Assembly: GCA_051294375.1 (NCBI GenBank)
Contig: CM119265.1
Coordinates: 19,705,642-19,769,641 of the forward strand
Direction of reading: 5' to 3'
DNA from: Paraspadella gotoi
Taxonomy: Eukaryota > Animalia > Chaetognatha
Length of the DNA: 64,000 nucleotides
Position 1 is the stretch's first letter. Every line of letters starts with the position of its first letter. The notes beneath the pieces were generated by a model. It ran no database searches. It worked only from the letters and a program-made list of their open reading frames with translations, and had not been told where the DNA came from. A program made the position numbers and the translations under genes. Positions 1-12,420 of this stretch are shown piece after piece.

Positions 1-282
1 CTTTGACTGAAAGGGCAGTCTGAGACTTTTTTCTAATTTTTCCATGTATTATGCTCTTAGCCTTTCTACTGCCTGCTATCGTTCAAAATTCCAGTTTACA
101 ATTAAGAACTAAATTCTATAAAATAATGTAAATTATAGGACATAGATATTTTAATTTGTGATGTGTTTCAGTACGATTTCTCACTTCATCTCGTTTTAGA
201 AGTTTAAATAAAACTATTACCTGCTTGTAGCACTACGGTGTTCTCCTTTTCTAACTATTTCGTTCGTTCATGCTACACAGAG

Positions 283-664
283 TTTTTTTAGTTTAGAGGA
301 CGAGTGTCCGCCAGTTATTCGGCGGAGGCAACTTTACCATAAGTTACTTATTCGGTAGGTTTTCTGTCGGTCGGTATGGTTATGTTCCGTAGGTCTTTCC
401 CACTTACGTTAAAAATGCATATCATCCGCCTATAGTTAGTTGCTCATTTGTTAAGACAGAAAAAAATTCTAATCTAAGGGACTGCTAGCGCCGCCTTCAG
501 GAAATCCTATAACTATAAGGAATAAAAGATGCATATCATAAATAAAAGGGCTAAGAAAGTTTTTTACTCATATCGTGTCATGTCATATCATATGATCAAA
601 GGAATATATATGTTAAAATAAAATCACTACGGCGCAACACATTGGAATCACCATTCTTGTTTTT
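283..664 (+). mobile_element. Non-autonomous Helentron-associated element (HINE/DINE-1-like), uninterrupted copy
   Basis: 5' T-run, a partial inverted repeat (GCAACT) and a GTCGGTCGGT-type microsatellite tract. The 3' end has the sub-terminal repeat GGCGCAAC (631-638), then a small stem-loop and CTTGTTTTT. It aligns along its length, inverted, to 32917-33167 plus 37766-37885. Confidence 0.7.
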
Positions 665-2064
665 ATTTTTTTTAAAGCGGGCGTCTGGTTAAAATTCGAA
701 CCCTTTTGTTTTTCTCCGACGTCGGTTGTGTTTATTTTTTCGATTCCAAACAATTTTTCCTTCTTTTTTTTTGAAAGCCAATATAAGAAAAAAAAATTTG
801 AAAACAAATTTATAGTTGACTTTTTGTTTTTGGTTTGAAACGATTTTGATTTATGAGTTGGTCTGCGGACGACGTTTGTTTTGAAATTGGCGCTAAAATG
901 AATAGCGTTTTAATGGACTCCATTCGAAGCTTCTAAATTTACTGAGATTTGAACGACCGACAAAAACAAGCTCAAATAATGAACATGATATTTTTGTGGG
1001 AGTTATTACTACAGTTTTTAACCGATTGTAGGCGATTTTAAAACATTTACAAATTACAAGTAAAAAATGAATTAAAAACTGCCTAACATTCAACGCCACG
1101 CTTTTTTTTCTTTAATTCCCGGGCAAAGGTTTCAAATTCCTCTTTTACTTTTGCCACTAAACTCCCAAGGCTTAAATTTCAAACTCTCTCTCCTCTCTCT
1201 GCTCTCTCTCTCTCTCTTCTTCTCTCTCTCTCTCTCTCTCCTCTCAATCAAGCTGCGCTAATGTCATCCTCGAATTTTCTTGATTTGATCGAAGAATCCT
1301 GCCCCAAACCAGAGTCGATCGAGTTTCCTTTCGAATCTCGGTTTTTCTCACACCCTTTAGTGATTCACTCCACACGCTGAATCTCGCCCTCACATCCGCG
1401 TGTCTTTTCGTTTGTCGCGCGACAACCCGAAGTCATCGAGATTCCTTCCGATACAAACATGACTGAAACACTCTGGCTTGTTGTGATTCATGGTAAAACT
1501 GATGAATTTTTTTTACCTTTTCACCTTTCTTTTTCTTAAATGTCTATTTGAAAATGCATCAGAATTATTGATAAGTTACAATAATGAGTTATGACACTGA
1601 AAAATTACTTTTTCCCTTTTCCCCATTTCACCGACCATTTTCCCTCATTATTCTTTCCTTAACTTCCCTCACCACATCTTTTCCAAAACTCCACCTTTCT
1701 CCTCCACCACCAGGTCCACCCCTCGTCCAGGCCTCTTTCCTTCACCACCTTCTTGTCAATCTCCTCTTCCCAGCCCACCTTCATCGTCCACAAAAAAGAC
1801 GCCTTCAGACTTCGAACCACCGGCGCCTCAAAACTCTCGTGATCGTCCTCGAGCTAAAAGTCGAGCGTCCGAAGGTTAGTGTGCGGCAGCCGATGCGGCG
1901 TCCCGAAAAAGAGGCGATGCAGCATTTTAAGTTCGCACGGGCCGCAAGCGGGCGCAGCCGGGGCCCGCCAGCCCAGAGTGATGCGCTGCAATCGTCGGAA
2001 AAAGTGATGGAAGAATCTGACTCCGCGGATTAACCCGGTTGCCACAAACCCTCCGCTGCATTTA

Positions 2065-4350
2065 AACCATTACTATTGGCAAAAAGATATTACGCTACTT
2101 TTAAGTTTGCATATTTTTTTTCTCGTAGATAGAAAAAAAAAAAAAAAACGAATTTCGTTATTGAACTGAAAAAAAAATAATTGTTAAAAAACGCGCAAAG
2201 CTTTTTTTTTTCTAACAAGTTTTATCGTATTTAATTATTCATTTTTCAGAAGAAAACAAATATTTTATTTCCTTTTTTTATTCCTTTCCACTTTTTTTAC
2301 CGTTCGATTCCTTTGGGCGAAGATCCTCGCCATTTCACTTTTTTTTTTTAAAGCAGCCAACGATTTCCTTCTTTCTACGATTTATTGATGTCGTTAAGGA
2401 AAGAAATAAAAGAGCAAAAAAAAAGGAAAAAAAAAAAAGAAATCAATGATGAAAAAGGAAGAATAAATGCAAACATTTTACGGCAAAAAAAAAAAAAAAG
2501 GAAAAAAAAAACGAATTAAATGAAGAAATATAATGGATGAACAGAGAAGAATTTTATTTTAATACAAGGTAAAGAGTTTAACAAAACTGATATGAAAGGA
2601 AATCAGAGGGAAAAAGTAGTAAATAATAATAAAAAAAAAAGTAGAAAGAAAGCAAAGGGAAAAGGAAGATGAGAGGTAAACAAACCAAAGGAGAATAAAA
2701 AAGAAAGGAACGCTGGAAATGAATGAAAGAAGAAAATAAAAGAAAAAGGATGAGGACATTAAAAGAAAAGGAGGAAAGGCATCAAAAAATCCCGCACCAA
2801 AGAACGCAAAACCAAAGATGCTGGGGTGAGGGGGTCAGGATGATGAGTGGACGGCAGCATCCCAAAGGTGAGGGGAAGAGCTGAAGGAGATAAAAAGGTG
2901 AGTGCAGGTTAAGGAAGGTCCGAGGGTTAAGGCGACGGCGACCGGTTGGTCCGGGAAAGACCTCTTCGCTAGTTCTGCCCTGATTTAGTAGGACGATAAC
3001 AAATAAAAAAGTTAAGAGCATCGAGACAAAAGAAGAATGGCCGAGGGGGGGGGGAAGAAGAGAAAAACCAGTGGTGGAAGAATTTGTGCGGGATGAGAGA
3101 CTGAATAATGGATATAAAATAAAAGAGTATGGAGGTGGGGAATTCAAAAGAAGAAGAAAAAAGAAAACTTAGAGAAAGGTACCGCTAAGAAATTGGAAAT
3201 GAGAAAAAAATTGGGAGAAATGGAAGAGAGACCATCAATCTACAATCTACTCCATTATCTCATCATATCTTACCTCCATATACCTCTCTTACTCATCTCT
3301 CCTCTCATCATACTACGACTCTCTGATCCTATCTCAACATCAGTCCTCTCGATGCGCCTTGTATACTAACCATAATACAGGTTAACCGTCCTACTGAGAA
3401 ATAATTGACTAGCGATACTGGCAAAGGTACTTCGCTAACGGTTAGGATAAATGATAAAGGTTTAGAAGATATAAGGTAGGGTCTGGGAATATGGTAGTAA
3501 GCTGATTAAAATGTTACAGGGACCTATAAACATCAAAGGTGTTAGGAAAATACGCACGAGATTAAAATATATATATTAAAATAAGTCTTTAGTGCCAATA
3601 TCCTGACAAACCAAGAATTGTCACTACCTAAGAAACCTCAACTTCGGTCTTCACATCTGATCAACCGAAAATAGTAGATGGACGGTAATATATCATAACA
3701 CCGCCTCACAAGTCCACCAATCCGTTCAGCACAAATCACAATTATCTGGACTCAGAGGGTGGACACTAACCAAATGCGAGCATAGAACAGATAGTGTTAA
3801 CCAATCCAACTATGATACGTCCTAAACGACTCTGTGCGACCTGCTTGCTCGTAAGTTGCTGTCCAAGCGAGGAACTCGTCACTAGGATCTGTAACAACCA
3901 GACTACGTCAGTAGACTGTGAGAACAACCGTACGACTGAGGGTCGTGTCAATCCCCAGAAGACGCGACCACAGTGATACAGATCGCCCACTATTCTCCGC
4001 CAAATGGGTCCATCACACAGGACAATCCCGTGCTGGTGCTGCGATATATAAATAAGTCACCTCTACAATTATTCGTATCCCAATGACCGTCACATTTACT
4101 CGCCTAATTTTGTGGATACTTCAATTGCTAGCTCATGCATCCTGCACCTGAACAACAGGAGGCAATTAAAAAACCTTGAGGATAAGACACGACTCCGGAA
4201 AAAACGTTGCTAAGTGACTGACACGGCAAGAGGCAAGGGCGGACGAGCGTCGACTAGTGAGGGGTTCAAGGAGAGGTGGACAATGGCGCGACGGTGGTTA
4301 CACAATAGTAGGAAAGGACCTGAGTCGGGTACAAATATCGCCCTGCGACC
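2065..4350 (-). repeat. Inverted duplicate of 4902-5620 and 6510-7670
   Basis: 2065-3230 is the reverse complement of 6510-7670 (e.g. AACCATTACTATTGGCAAAAAGATAT vs ATATCTTTTTGCCAATAGTAATGGTT). 3360-4350 is an insertion-rich reverse complement of 4902-5620, including the solo LTR. The block lies next to the 25-N gap at 4877-4901. Confidence 0.85.
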
Positions 4351-5104
4351 CGACAACGATTCAGACTCCGAACAAGTATTGTGTCCGAAGCGGAGCTACC
4401 CGCACCGCGTCGCGCCAGCGCCCCCCGCATCCACGGGCCGGCAAAATCTCGCTTCACACGCCAGTAGTTAATGTGCCCACGTCCGTCCCAATGGAGCCCA
4501 TGAACCGCGAAATGATATCTGAATTTATTTTGTCCTCACAATTTGCTCGTTCCTCCCATTGAATCGTCCTCGTTAGAAACCAGATATCGTGTGAACGATG
4601 TGACTTCGCGTCGTGGTGTGTGTGTGTGTGTCTGCTCAAGCGTAACCTTCTTAGTCGCTCCTCTCCCCTTCTCCTCGCCTCTCTCTCTGCTCCCGTTCCC
4701 TCTGGCTCTCCCTCTCTCCATCTCTCCCTCTGCTGCGCAATATACGTCGTACAATACATAATCAGCTCTCGCGCTTACCAAAAAGCTCATACGAAAAAGT
4801 GTGAAGATAAGCCGAACCGAGTAAGAGAAGAGTTCTCTGGTGAAGACATATCAAAGAGGAATTAATTATAAAGTGANNNNNNNNNNNNNNNNNNNNNNNN
4901 NTCTCGGGTCGAGGCCTTTTTACCCCTTTCCTTTTTACCCCGTCCCTTTCCCCCCTTCCCCTCAGCCTCCCCTTCCTCTTCCTTCTCCTTACAATTTTTC
5001 CCATCTTCTTCCTCAAGTTTTTTGCTCCTCTTCTTCATCAGTCATCGCAGCAATTAATCCACAAAATAACGAGTAAATTCTCAGAGGAAAAATTAAGTGA
5101 CTTT

Positions 5105-5359
5105 TATGGCAACAGCCGGGTTGCCTGTGATGCCCATTGGGATGGGGCATCTCACTGTTGGCTTTGGGGGCTTCCGACCCTCAGTGACGCCTCCAGTCAC
5201 TGGCGCGGTTACCCTAGGACGGTCTCGCTTTGCCAACGCAGAGGGAAGTCGTTAGGACTGTGGATGGAACACTACGCCTGTGATGGTGTGTTCCCCCTCT
5301 GAGCCAATGGATTTGGCTGACGGATGGTGGACGTGAGGCGGTGTGAATATACCGCCACA
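5105..5359 (-). mobile_element. Solo LTR (Gypsy-like, 4-bp TSD), ~255 bp
   Basis: Minus-strand termini TGTGGC...GCCATA form an imperfect TG..CA-type inverted end. Flanked by a perfect 4-bp direct repeat CTTT (5101-5104 / 5360-5363). Other copies are at 59453-59687 and 23517-23572, with a noisy inverted copy at ~3680-4050. Confidence 0.7.
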
Positions 5360-5460
5360 CTTTTATTTTTCGGTGTCAAAGTGAAAAACCAAGTTGAGGT
5401 TTCTTAGTAGTGACAACGGTTTCAATATTTGGCACTAAGCTTAATTTTAAATCAAATATT

Positions 5461-5585
5461 TAACTCTAATCCTAACCCTAATCCCTGTACAAATCACTAA
5501 CCTTATCCCCTAACCCTAAACCCTAATCTCTAACCTTTATCTTTAATCCTAAACCTTAGCGAAATCCCTTGCCTAATCCCTAGCA
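5461..5585 (+). repeat. Degenerate (TAACCC/TAACCT)n telomere-like tract
   Basis: CCTAACCCTAATCC...CCTAACCCTAAACCCTAATC. Similar degenerate tracts occur at ~48270-48480 and, on the minus strand, ~51865-51980. Confidence 0.5.
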
Positions 5586-5679
5586 TTATTCCATAGACGT
5601 AACCTTATAAGTAGCCTTTTTTTATCGAAATCTTTCCACCGAGGGGAGGGGTGAGTTTACTTTTCTGCTTTTTTTGCTC

Positions 5680-6453
5680 TTATTTCTTTCTTACGACATC
5701 AAATAAACTAGAAAAGAGAATCGTTGCTTTAAAAAAAGTGAAGATGGCGAAGGATCCGCAGGAACGAACGTAAAAAAAGTGAAGGAAAAAAAAGAAATAA
5801 ATATTTTTTTTCTCTGAAAAATGAATAATTATACGAATAAAACTTGGTTAAAAAAAAACTTTGCGAGTTTTTAACATATTATTTTTTTCAGTCAATAACG
5901 AAATCTTTTTTTTCTATCTACGAGAAAATATGCAACTAAAAAGTAACGTAAATATCTTTTTGCAATAGTAATGGTGTAACGCCTAGGACGTATCATTAGT
6001 TATGGTTAAATTAGTAATAATGAGTTATAAGTTGTCAATCCCTGGTTGTGACGCTAGAAATAGGCACTTAAACCATCTTATATAAAAGGTTCAGAATAGC
6101 TATAGGGAATATCGAAATTAATTATTTTGTCTTATTTTGTCACTGGAAATTTTGACTTCCGTGTTTTATAATTGTTTTTTTTTTCTTTTCAATTTTATAA
6201 TCATACTTAACACAAGACAGTCTTCTCTCAAAATATCTCTTTCGTACCGAAGTAATTTATAAAGTTTTTTTTTATATACAAATATATAATTTTATTTTCT
6301 AAAATTCATAATCATTCAGTTATCAACATCAAACTCGAATTTAACAGCGGTAGTAAAAGTGACAGGATAACCTTTATTTTTGTATATTAAATAAATTTTT
6401 AAATTACAGCCGCGAGGTCATAATTGAAAATTAAGAGTTGCCTTCAAAACTGT
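5680..6453 (+). repeat. Direct duplicate of 7348-8180 (probable gap-overfill artefact)
   Basis: Near-collinear with 7348-8180, differing mainly by homopolymer indels, and ends at the 25-N gap 6454-6478. Confidence 0.85.
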
Positions 6454-8689
6454 NNNNNNNNNNNNNNNNNNNNNNNNNTAAAATGATTAATTATATAAAT
6501 ATATTTCTTTTTTTCTCTCCATTTCTCCAATTTCTTTCCTCATTTCCAATTTCTTACGTAACCTTCTCATAAAGTTTATTTCTCTTCTTCGATTCCCCAC
6601 CTCCCATACTCCTTTTCAATTTATCCTATTACTTCAGTCCTCCATCCCACCAAATTCTTCCCCACTGTTTTTCTTCTTCCCCCCCCAACCTCGCCATTCT
6701 CTTTCTTTTGTCTCGAATCTCTAATTTTTATTGGCTTACAGTCCTTAACTGAAATCAGGGCAGAACTAAAAGCGAAGAGAGTCTTTCCGGACCAACGTCG
6801 CCGTCGCCTTACCCTGCATTCCTACCGATCCTCAACGCTTTAGCCTCACTCATTTCCTTAGCTCTTCCCCTCACCTTTGGATTGCCGTCACACTCCATCA
6901 TTCATGACCACCCTCACCTCCAAGCATCGCTTTCGGTTTCGTTTCTTGGTCAGCGGTACTTTTATATGAGTGATTATCCTCCTTCCTTTCTTTAATGTCC
7001 TCTTTCCTATCTTTTATTCTATCTTTTCCTTCCTTCATCCCGTGTCCTTCTTTTTTAATTCCCTTTGTTTGATTACCTCTTCATCTTCCTTTTTCCTTCT
7101 TTCTTTCTTACTTTTTTATTTTATTATTATTTAACTTACCTTTTTCCCTCTCGATTTCCTTCTCACACTGTTTTGTTAAACCTGCTTAACTTGTATGAAC
7201 AATAATGAAATTCTCATGTCAACTATTAGTACTTCTCTCTTTAATTTGTTTTTCTCTTTCCTTTTTTTTTTCGTAAAATGTTCATTATTCTTAGTATTTC
7301 ATCATATGATTTTTCTTTTTTTTTTTTCCTTTTTTTCTGGTCATCGTTTATTTCTTTCCTTAACGACATCATAAACTTAGAAAGAAGGAGAATCGTTGCT
7401 TTAAAAAAAGTGAGATGGCGAAGGATCCCGCAGGAATCGAACGTAAAAAAAGTGAATGAGAAATAATAAAAGAAATAATATTTTTTTTCTTCTGAAAAAT
7501 GTAATTAAATTATACGAATAAAACTTGGTTATAATAAAAAGCTTGTGCGCGTTTTTTAACATATTATTTTTTTAGTCTCTCAATAACGAAATCTCGTTTT
7601 TTCTATCTACGAGAAAATTATGCAAACTTTAAAAATGTACGTAAATATCTTTTTGCCAATAGTAATGGTTGTACACGCCTAGGACGTAAATTAGTTATGG
7701 TTAATTAGTAATAATGAGTTATAAGTTCCATCACTTGGTTGATGACGCTAGAAATAGGCACTTTTAACCCAATCATTATGATATAAAGGTTCCAGAATAG
7801 CTATAGGGAAATTATCGAAATTAATTATTTTGTCTTATTGTTGTCACTGGAAGATTTAGACTTCCGTGTTTTATACAATTGTTTTTTTTCTTTTCAGATT
7901 TTTAATCATACTCTTAACACAAGACAGTCTTCTCTCCAAAATATCTCTTTCGTACCGAAGTAATTTATAAAGTTTTTTATTATCACTAAATATATAATTT
8001 TTATTTTCTAAAATTCATAAAACATTCAGATATCAACATTTCAACACTCGAATTTAACCAGCGGTAGTAAAAAGTGACAGGATAACGCTTATTATTTGTA
8101 TATAAATTAAATTTTTAAATACCAGCTTTTCCGCGCGCCCGGTCGACACTAATTATAAATTTTGAAAGTTGCTTCAAAAAAATTAGGTCTTCAACTCAGT
8201 AGTAAATCACTTTTTCCTCACCAACTTTCCTCACTCTGCCGACTGCCACGTGAACGTCGCTGTGAATCTGACTTCTGCTGCGGAATCACAATACGGAATA
8301 AAGCTCTGATTGTTGTGACGGGCGCGTAATTTCGATAGGAGTCTTCACGCGTCCCACGAATCCCCCTTTCGAATCCAGTTTTAATGGTAATAGAGGGGCG
8401 TCGTAGAGGGCGGATGATACACCTTCTAGGTGGTGTCAAGAATCTCATATAGTCTTCTGATTAGCCAATTTACATCTAACACGATTGGGGCAGGAGGCAA
8501 AATAAATAGGTTTGCACGAATCGCCACTTAAATTGGTCTAACACCCCCAGTAGCTCTAGCCTTGCCGCTAAAGACAGTTTTAGCACACCTTTCACATCAT
8601 GAAGTCACGTGTCCTAAAAATATAGAGATTTTGACGTCCACCTAACTGTATTAGTTGGAAAAAAATGTATCAAAGTTAACTACATATAA

Positions 8690-10400
8690 TAATTTGACAG
8701 TCTCTTACTTAACATCCTGCGGCTCCGACACAGCATGCACAAACTGCTGGATGATTGTAAATCATATGCCACTGCACTGATGCGTACTTATCTATTGAGT
8801 TTGTTGGCTGGCTAACCTAAAAAATTCCCCAAAAAAGTTTTATTCGACAACTTGATATCTTTTGCTTTATGGTAATTGGAAGCGATCATTTGTTTTTTAA
8901 AAAGTTGTGTAGTTTCACAATCTGGATGGATAATACTCCTGTAACAGATTTCTTTTAAAAAATAAACATAAATTTATATGCACAAGAATAGTTATCAACT
9001 CACATACACTTTGCATTATGGGCATCAATTTAATTAAGGTAGATGGTTGGCAGTGTTATCTAAATTCTATCTCTGAACGAGACCAATGTATATATCTTAT
9101 TAAAAAGATAGACCTTTAAAGCATTTTGTAAAAATTTTAAGCATCAGCCGCAACAATGGTAAATGGAAAAGTATTAAGAGATTATTTTTTCAATAATGGC
9201 TTCATTAGTTGAAAAAAGACTTTAATCTTTATATTTTTTAACATAATTCATTGAATCTTTCATAAGTATCAGCTGCCTCCGTCTAGATGCATTTCCTAAT
9301 ATTGCAGTTCGAAGGGATGTGGACTATGGTCTGTGGCGAGAGATCAAGTTTAAAAAAGTGTCAGTTATATTTAAATACAATTTTATTTCGTTTTTTTATG
9401 TGGAGTATTGGATTGACGCTTTGACTTTTCATTAAGGGTAATGGCCCACATTTTCTCTATGGAATTTGCGTGATGGATGTTTCATTCTACGGCTTGGAGG
9501 ATTTGAATCAGCAAATGAAATACGTGAAGAGAAATTTTTAAGCATTTCCTAAAAAAGAGAATACTTAAAGAGCAAGACTATATATATTGTTTAGTGTCAG
9601 TACAGATATCATTACTTTAAGTTTCTTACTTAACAGGAAGAGGTAAAAAGATATCTTTTGCCGAGAGAGATGACTATCCTCTGCCAGAGTATGCTTAATT
9701 GTTTTTGAATGAAAAATTTTGTCTTACTGTTCATGTAACTTTATTAAAAAAGTTTTTTCAAAAAATATACAATAATATTCAATAATGTGTCTGAGAAGAC
9801 CTTAAAAATACTGTAATACTATCGTAACTATGATATTATTTTTCAATTCCTTGAATAAAAAAAATTCTTTTTGAGGCCCGGTTCGAATTATAAGTTTCAA
9901 GAAGAGATGGACTACCTTAATTTTTAAAAATAGTTATAGTTTACTTTTAAGGAAATTATATCATTGATATCCCTGTAATACCAATTTTACGGGCTTTCTT
10001 TGCAATTATGAGATTAACTGAATGCTTAAATAAAGTTAAAAGAATCTAGATAAATTCACAGGTAACGGAATTTCTCTTCATTTTTTAGTGAAAAGCTCGG
10101 AATTGCTCTCCATCATCCTTTTATTGCTCATTCTACACGTGTACTTCCAAAACAAGAACAAATACAAAATTAATACATAAAAGAATACTTTTTTGTCTGT
10201 CTTTAAGACTCCCCTCACATTCTATTTCAAGAAAATATAATCTTTTTCTTCACGTTTTCCGAGTAAGGCTCGTAATTTTTCAAGCGGTGGGTTTTCAGAG
10301 ATCACGCTCACGTGGTATTGGTGCCTACTGCAGTATACTCGCTCTAGAAAACTAGAATTGTAAAGGATGCTGAAGTCCTATTCTTGGTTCATTTGCGGTA
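8690..10400 (-). pseudogene. Second, inverted copy of the same hAT transposase remnant, left arm
   Basis: Inferred from continuous inverted nucleotide homology to the right arm. Individual motifs are harder to read. Confidence 0.45.
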
Positions 10401-10639
10401 TGTGTTCTCGAAAAGAAAATCAAACGCACCCTTATAAAATAACCCCTTTGTTCATGTCTTCTTACAATTTTGTAATTGTTAGTGTCTTTTATACAGTAAT
10501 ATAGACTTTACTTTTTTTAACTGAATGTTGATCATGTAATTGTCAGAGGAACTTTTATCTCCGTAATGACGGTAGTACAAGTAGTTTTAAAAAAGATTTA
10601 TTGTAAGAGGACATAATATTTTATTGTAATTGTATGTTT

Positions 10640-12420
10640 TGCGCCGCGCGAATCATCCCTTTCGCTGTTTTGGATCGGCTAAATATGCATGAGTCGTTCT
10701 TCCTGCGGTACTAGATTGGCAAGCCTCGATCCAACTCCATCGAGAGATATCAATAAAGAAATTAGAACTTTTTTTTAATACGCGCACATCAAGAGAAATG
10801 CATTGGTCGTAGGTTTTTAAATAAATAAATTAAGGACCGCACTTATTATTTGGTCAATTGTAGAAAGAAAGAGGGATGAATTCGTCCTGCTGTTTCGCAA
10901 AATAATGCCAAAAAAAGTTGTAATTTACAATTTATTAGAATAAGGAAAGTACATTATCTGAAAGTAGACTAAATGACTACTTTGTAAAGTGATTATTAGA
11001 TGTTCTTATAGGATCAAGCAGCGACACAGGTGATGCCCATTCTGATTATTAATGGAGCTGTCGAAACAGCCACAATGCACGTTTGCAAGATCTAACTAAA
11101 GCACAGACCAAGCGTTTTAACATTTTCGCACAAATGTTGCTTCCGATTTAAATTAATTTAATATTAAATTATTGAATTTAAAAATAAATGATAATGATAT
11201 TTTTTTAAAATGCGCTCAACCATAACCATTACTCTATACATCGAAGTATTGGATGTTCTTGCAGTAGTATATTTTGTGTAAATGGTTATGCTTCTGGAAG
11301 TTTTACAAATAACACATGTACAAGCGTTTTGATGTTATTTTGCGGCGCTGCCGGTTTTGGCTTTAAATGGATAATGGAAACGTCTCTAGTTGTGTCTGAG
11401 AAATATTAATGAACTTTAAGTATTTTTTACTCACATCCTAATCCCACTGGATATTTATACATATAAATGCGTTATGTGAACGTGATTAAGGCTATATTAA
11501 TTTCTGAATTCATCACCACTTCGTTCAAACAGGCTCTGACTCCAGAGTCTATCTTCTACGATAAATGTTGGGCAGCACCGCCTAGATGAAAAATGAATGT
11601 AAGTCAATTCAATAAAAAACATCAATTATTGTGATTTCAGCATGAAAACCATCTTGACTGCTTTTAATTGATTCTCCAGCACTAACCATTTGTCCAATCC
11701 TTTCAACAATTTAGGAATCCTCTAGACGACAATGTTGATATTGAGTTCATCGAAATTATGGTTAATAAATAAAAATTAGAAGCAATCTTTTTTCAACTAA
11801 TGAAGGCCGATTTGACATAACACTCCATTTTAGAAATATTTTTCTTTTATAGATCTCATTTGGTTTTAATAAATTTTTTTTTACTAGGAAAATGCTCCCT
11901 TAAAAGCGAATCCTTATCACTTGAAAAGGTCATATAGTCTATGTCAAGATGGAACATTTGCTATGCACTGCCGAGAGAGCTGAAGCCAGAATCTTATCCA
12001 TTAATTTTATGAATTGCCATGCCTTATATACTAGAAAATGTGGCGATTGATAACGTTTGATTGCACCTACTATGATTATCGGTGAATGTTAAATATTATG
12101 GTCGTTTCTTCCACAGAAGATCGAAAGGATAGCCTCCAGAGATGTGACTTACTATATACATTCTTGTAAAAAGGAAAAAAATAGTGATGACTCCACAATT
12201 TTACATGAGTAGACCTAGTTGGTGGGTGAAGTAATAACATTGGATGGTTGGGTATTGGTTGTTAGGTTTTATCCATCAGTAGATAATGCCATCAGTCCAT
12301 GGGCCTGTACGACTCATACCATGTCAGGTTTTAGCTTGGATGCCTTGTGTGCGGAAGCCGACTAGAATGTGGTAGAGTACTTGCAAGGTCAATTTTTTAA
12401 TGAACTAGTCTAACTTTGGC
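10640..12420 (+). pseudogene. Frameshift-riddled hAT transposase (catalytic core to dimerisation domain, N-terminus absent), right arm
   Basis: Motif remnants read across indels in the expected order: N/E-H-x-P-F (~10660), R-T-S (~10782), D-E (~10875), G-S-S/K-S (~11011), P-H...N-G...H-N-A (11035-11079), K-W-L (~11280), F-Q (~11790), K-M-P-L-K (~11890), W-W-V-K (~12219), Y-P (~12270), H-G-P (12298-12306). Order and spacing match my recollection of hAT transposases with DGD-x-CHH-x-HNA, RWLS and FHGP-x-VESSF motifs; not verified by a search. Confidence 0.55.

Noticed and set aside
5461-5585. Telomere or chromosome-fusion remnant
   Set aside because: Highly degenerate, and similar tracts recur several times in the window; more likely common interspersed simple repeats.
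11948-11960. DGTF motif suggesting a Mutator (MULE) transposase
   Set aside because: The surrounding motif order and the TAGG termini fit hAT better. This stretch corresponds to the D-P-x-x-R-G-H region read with an indel. The TSD length is too noisy to support MULE.
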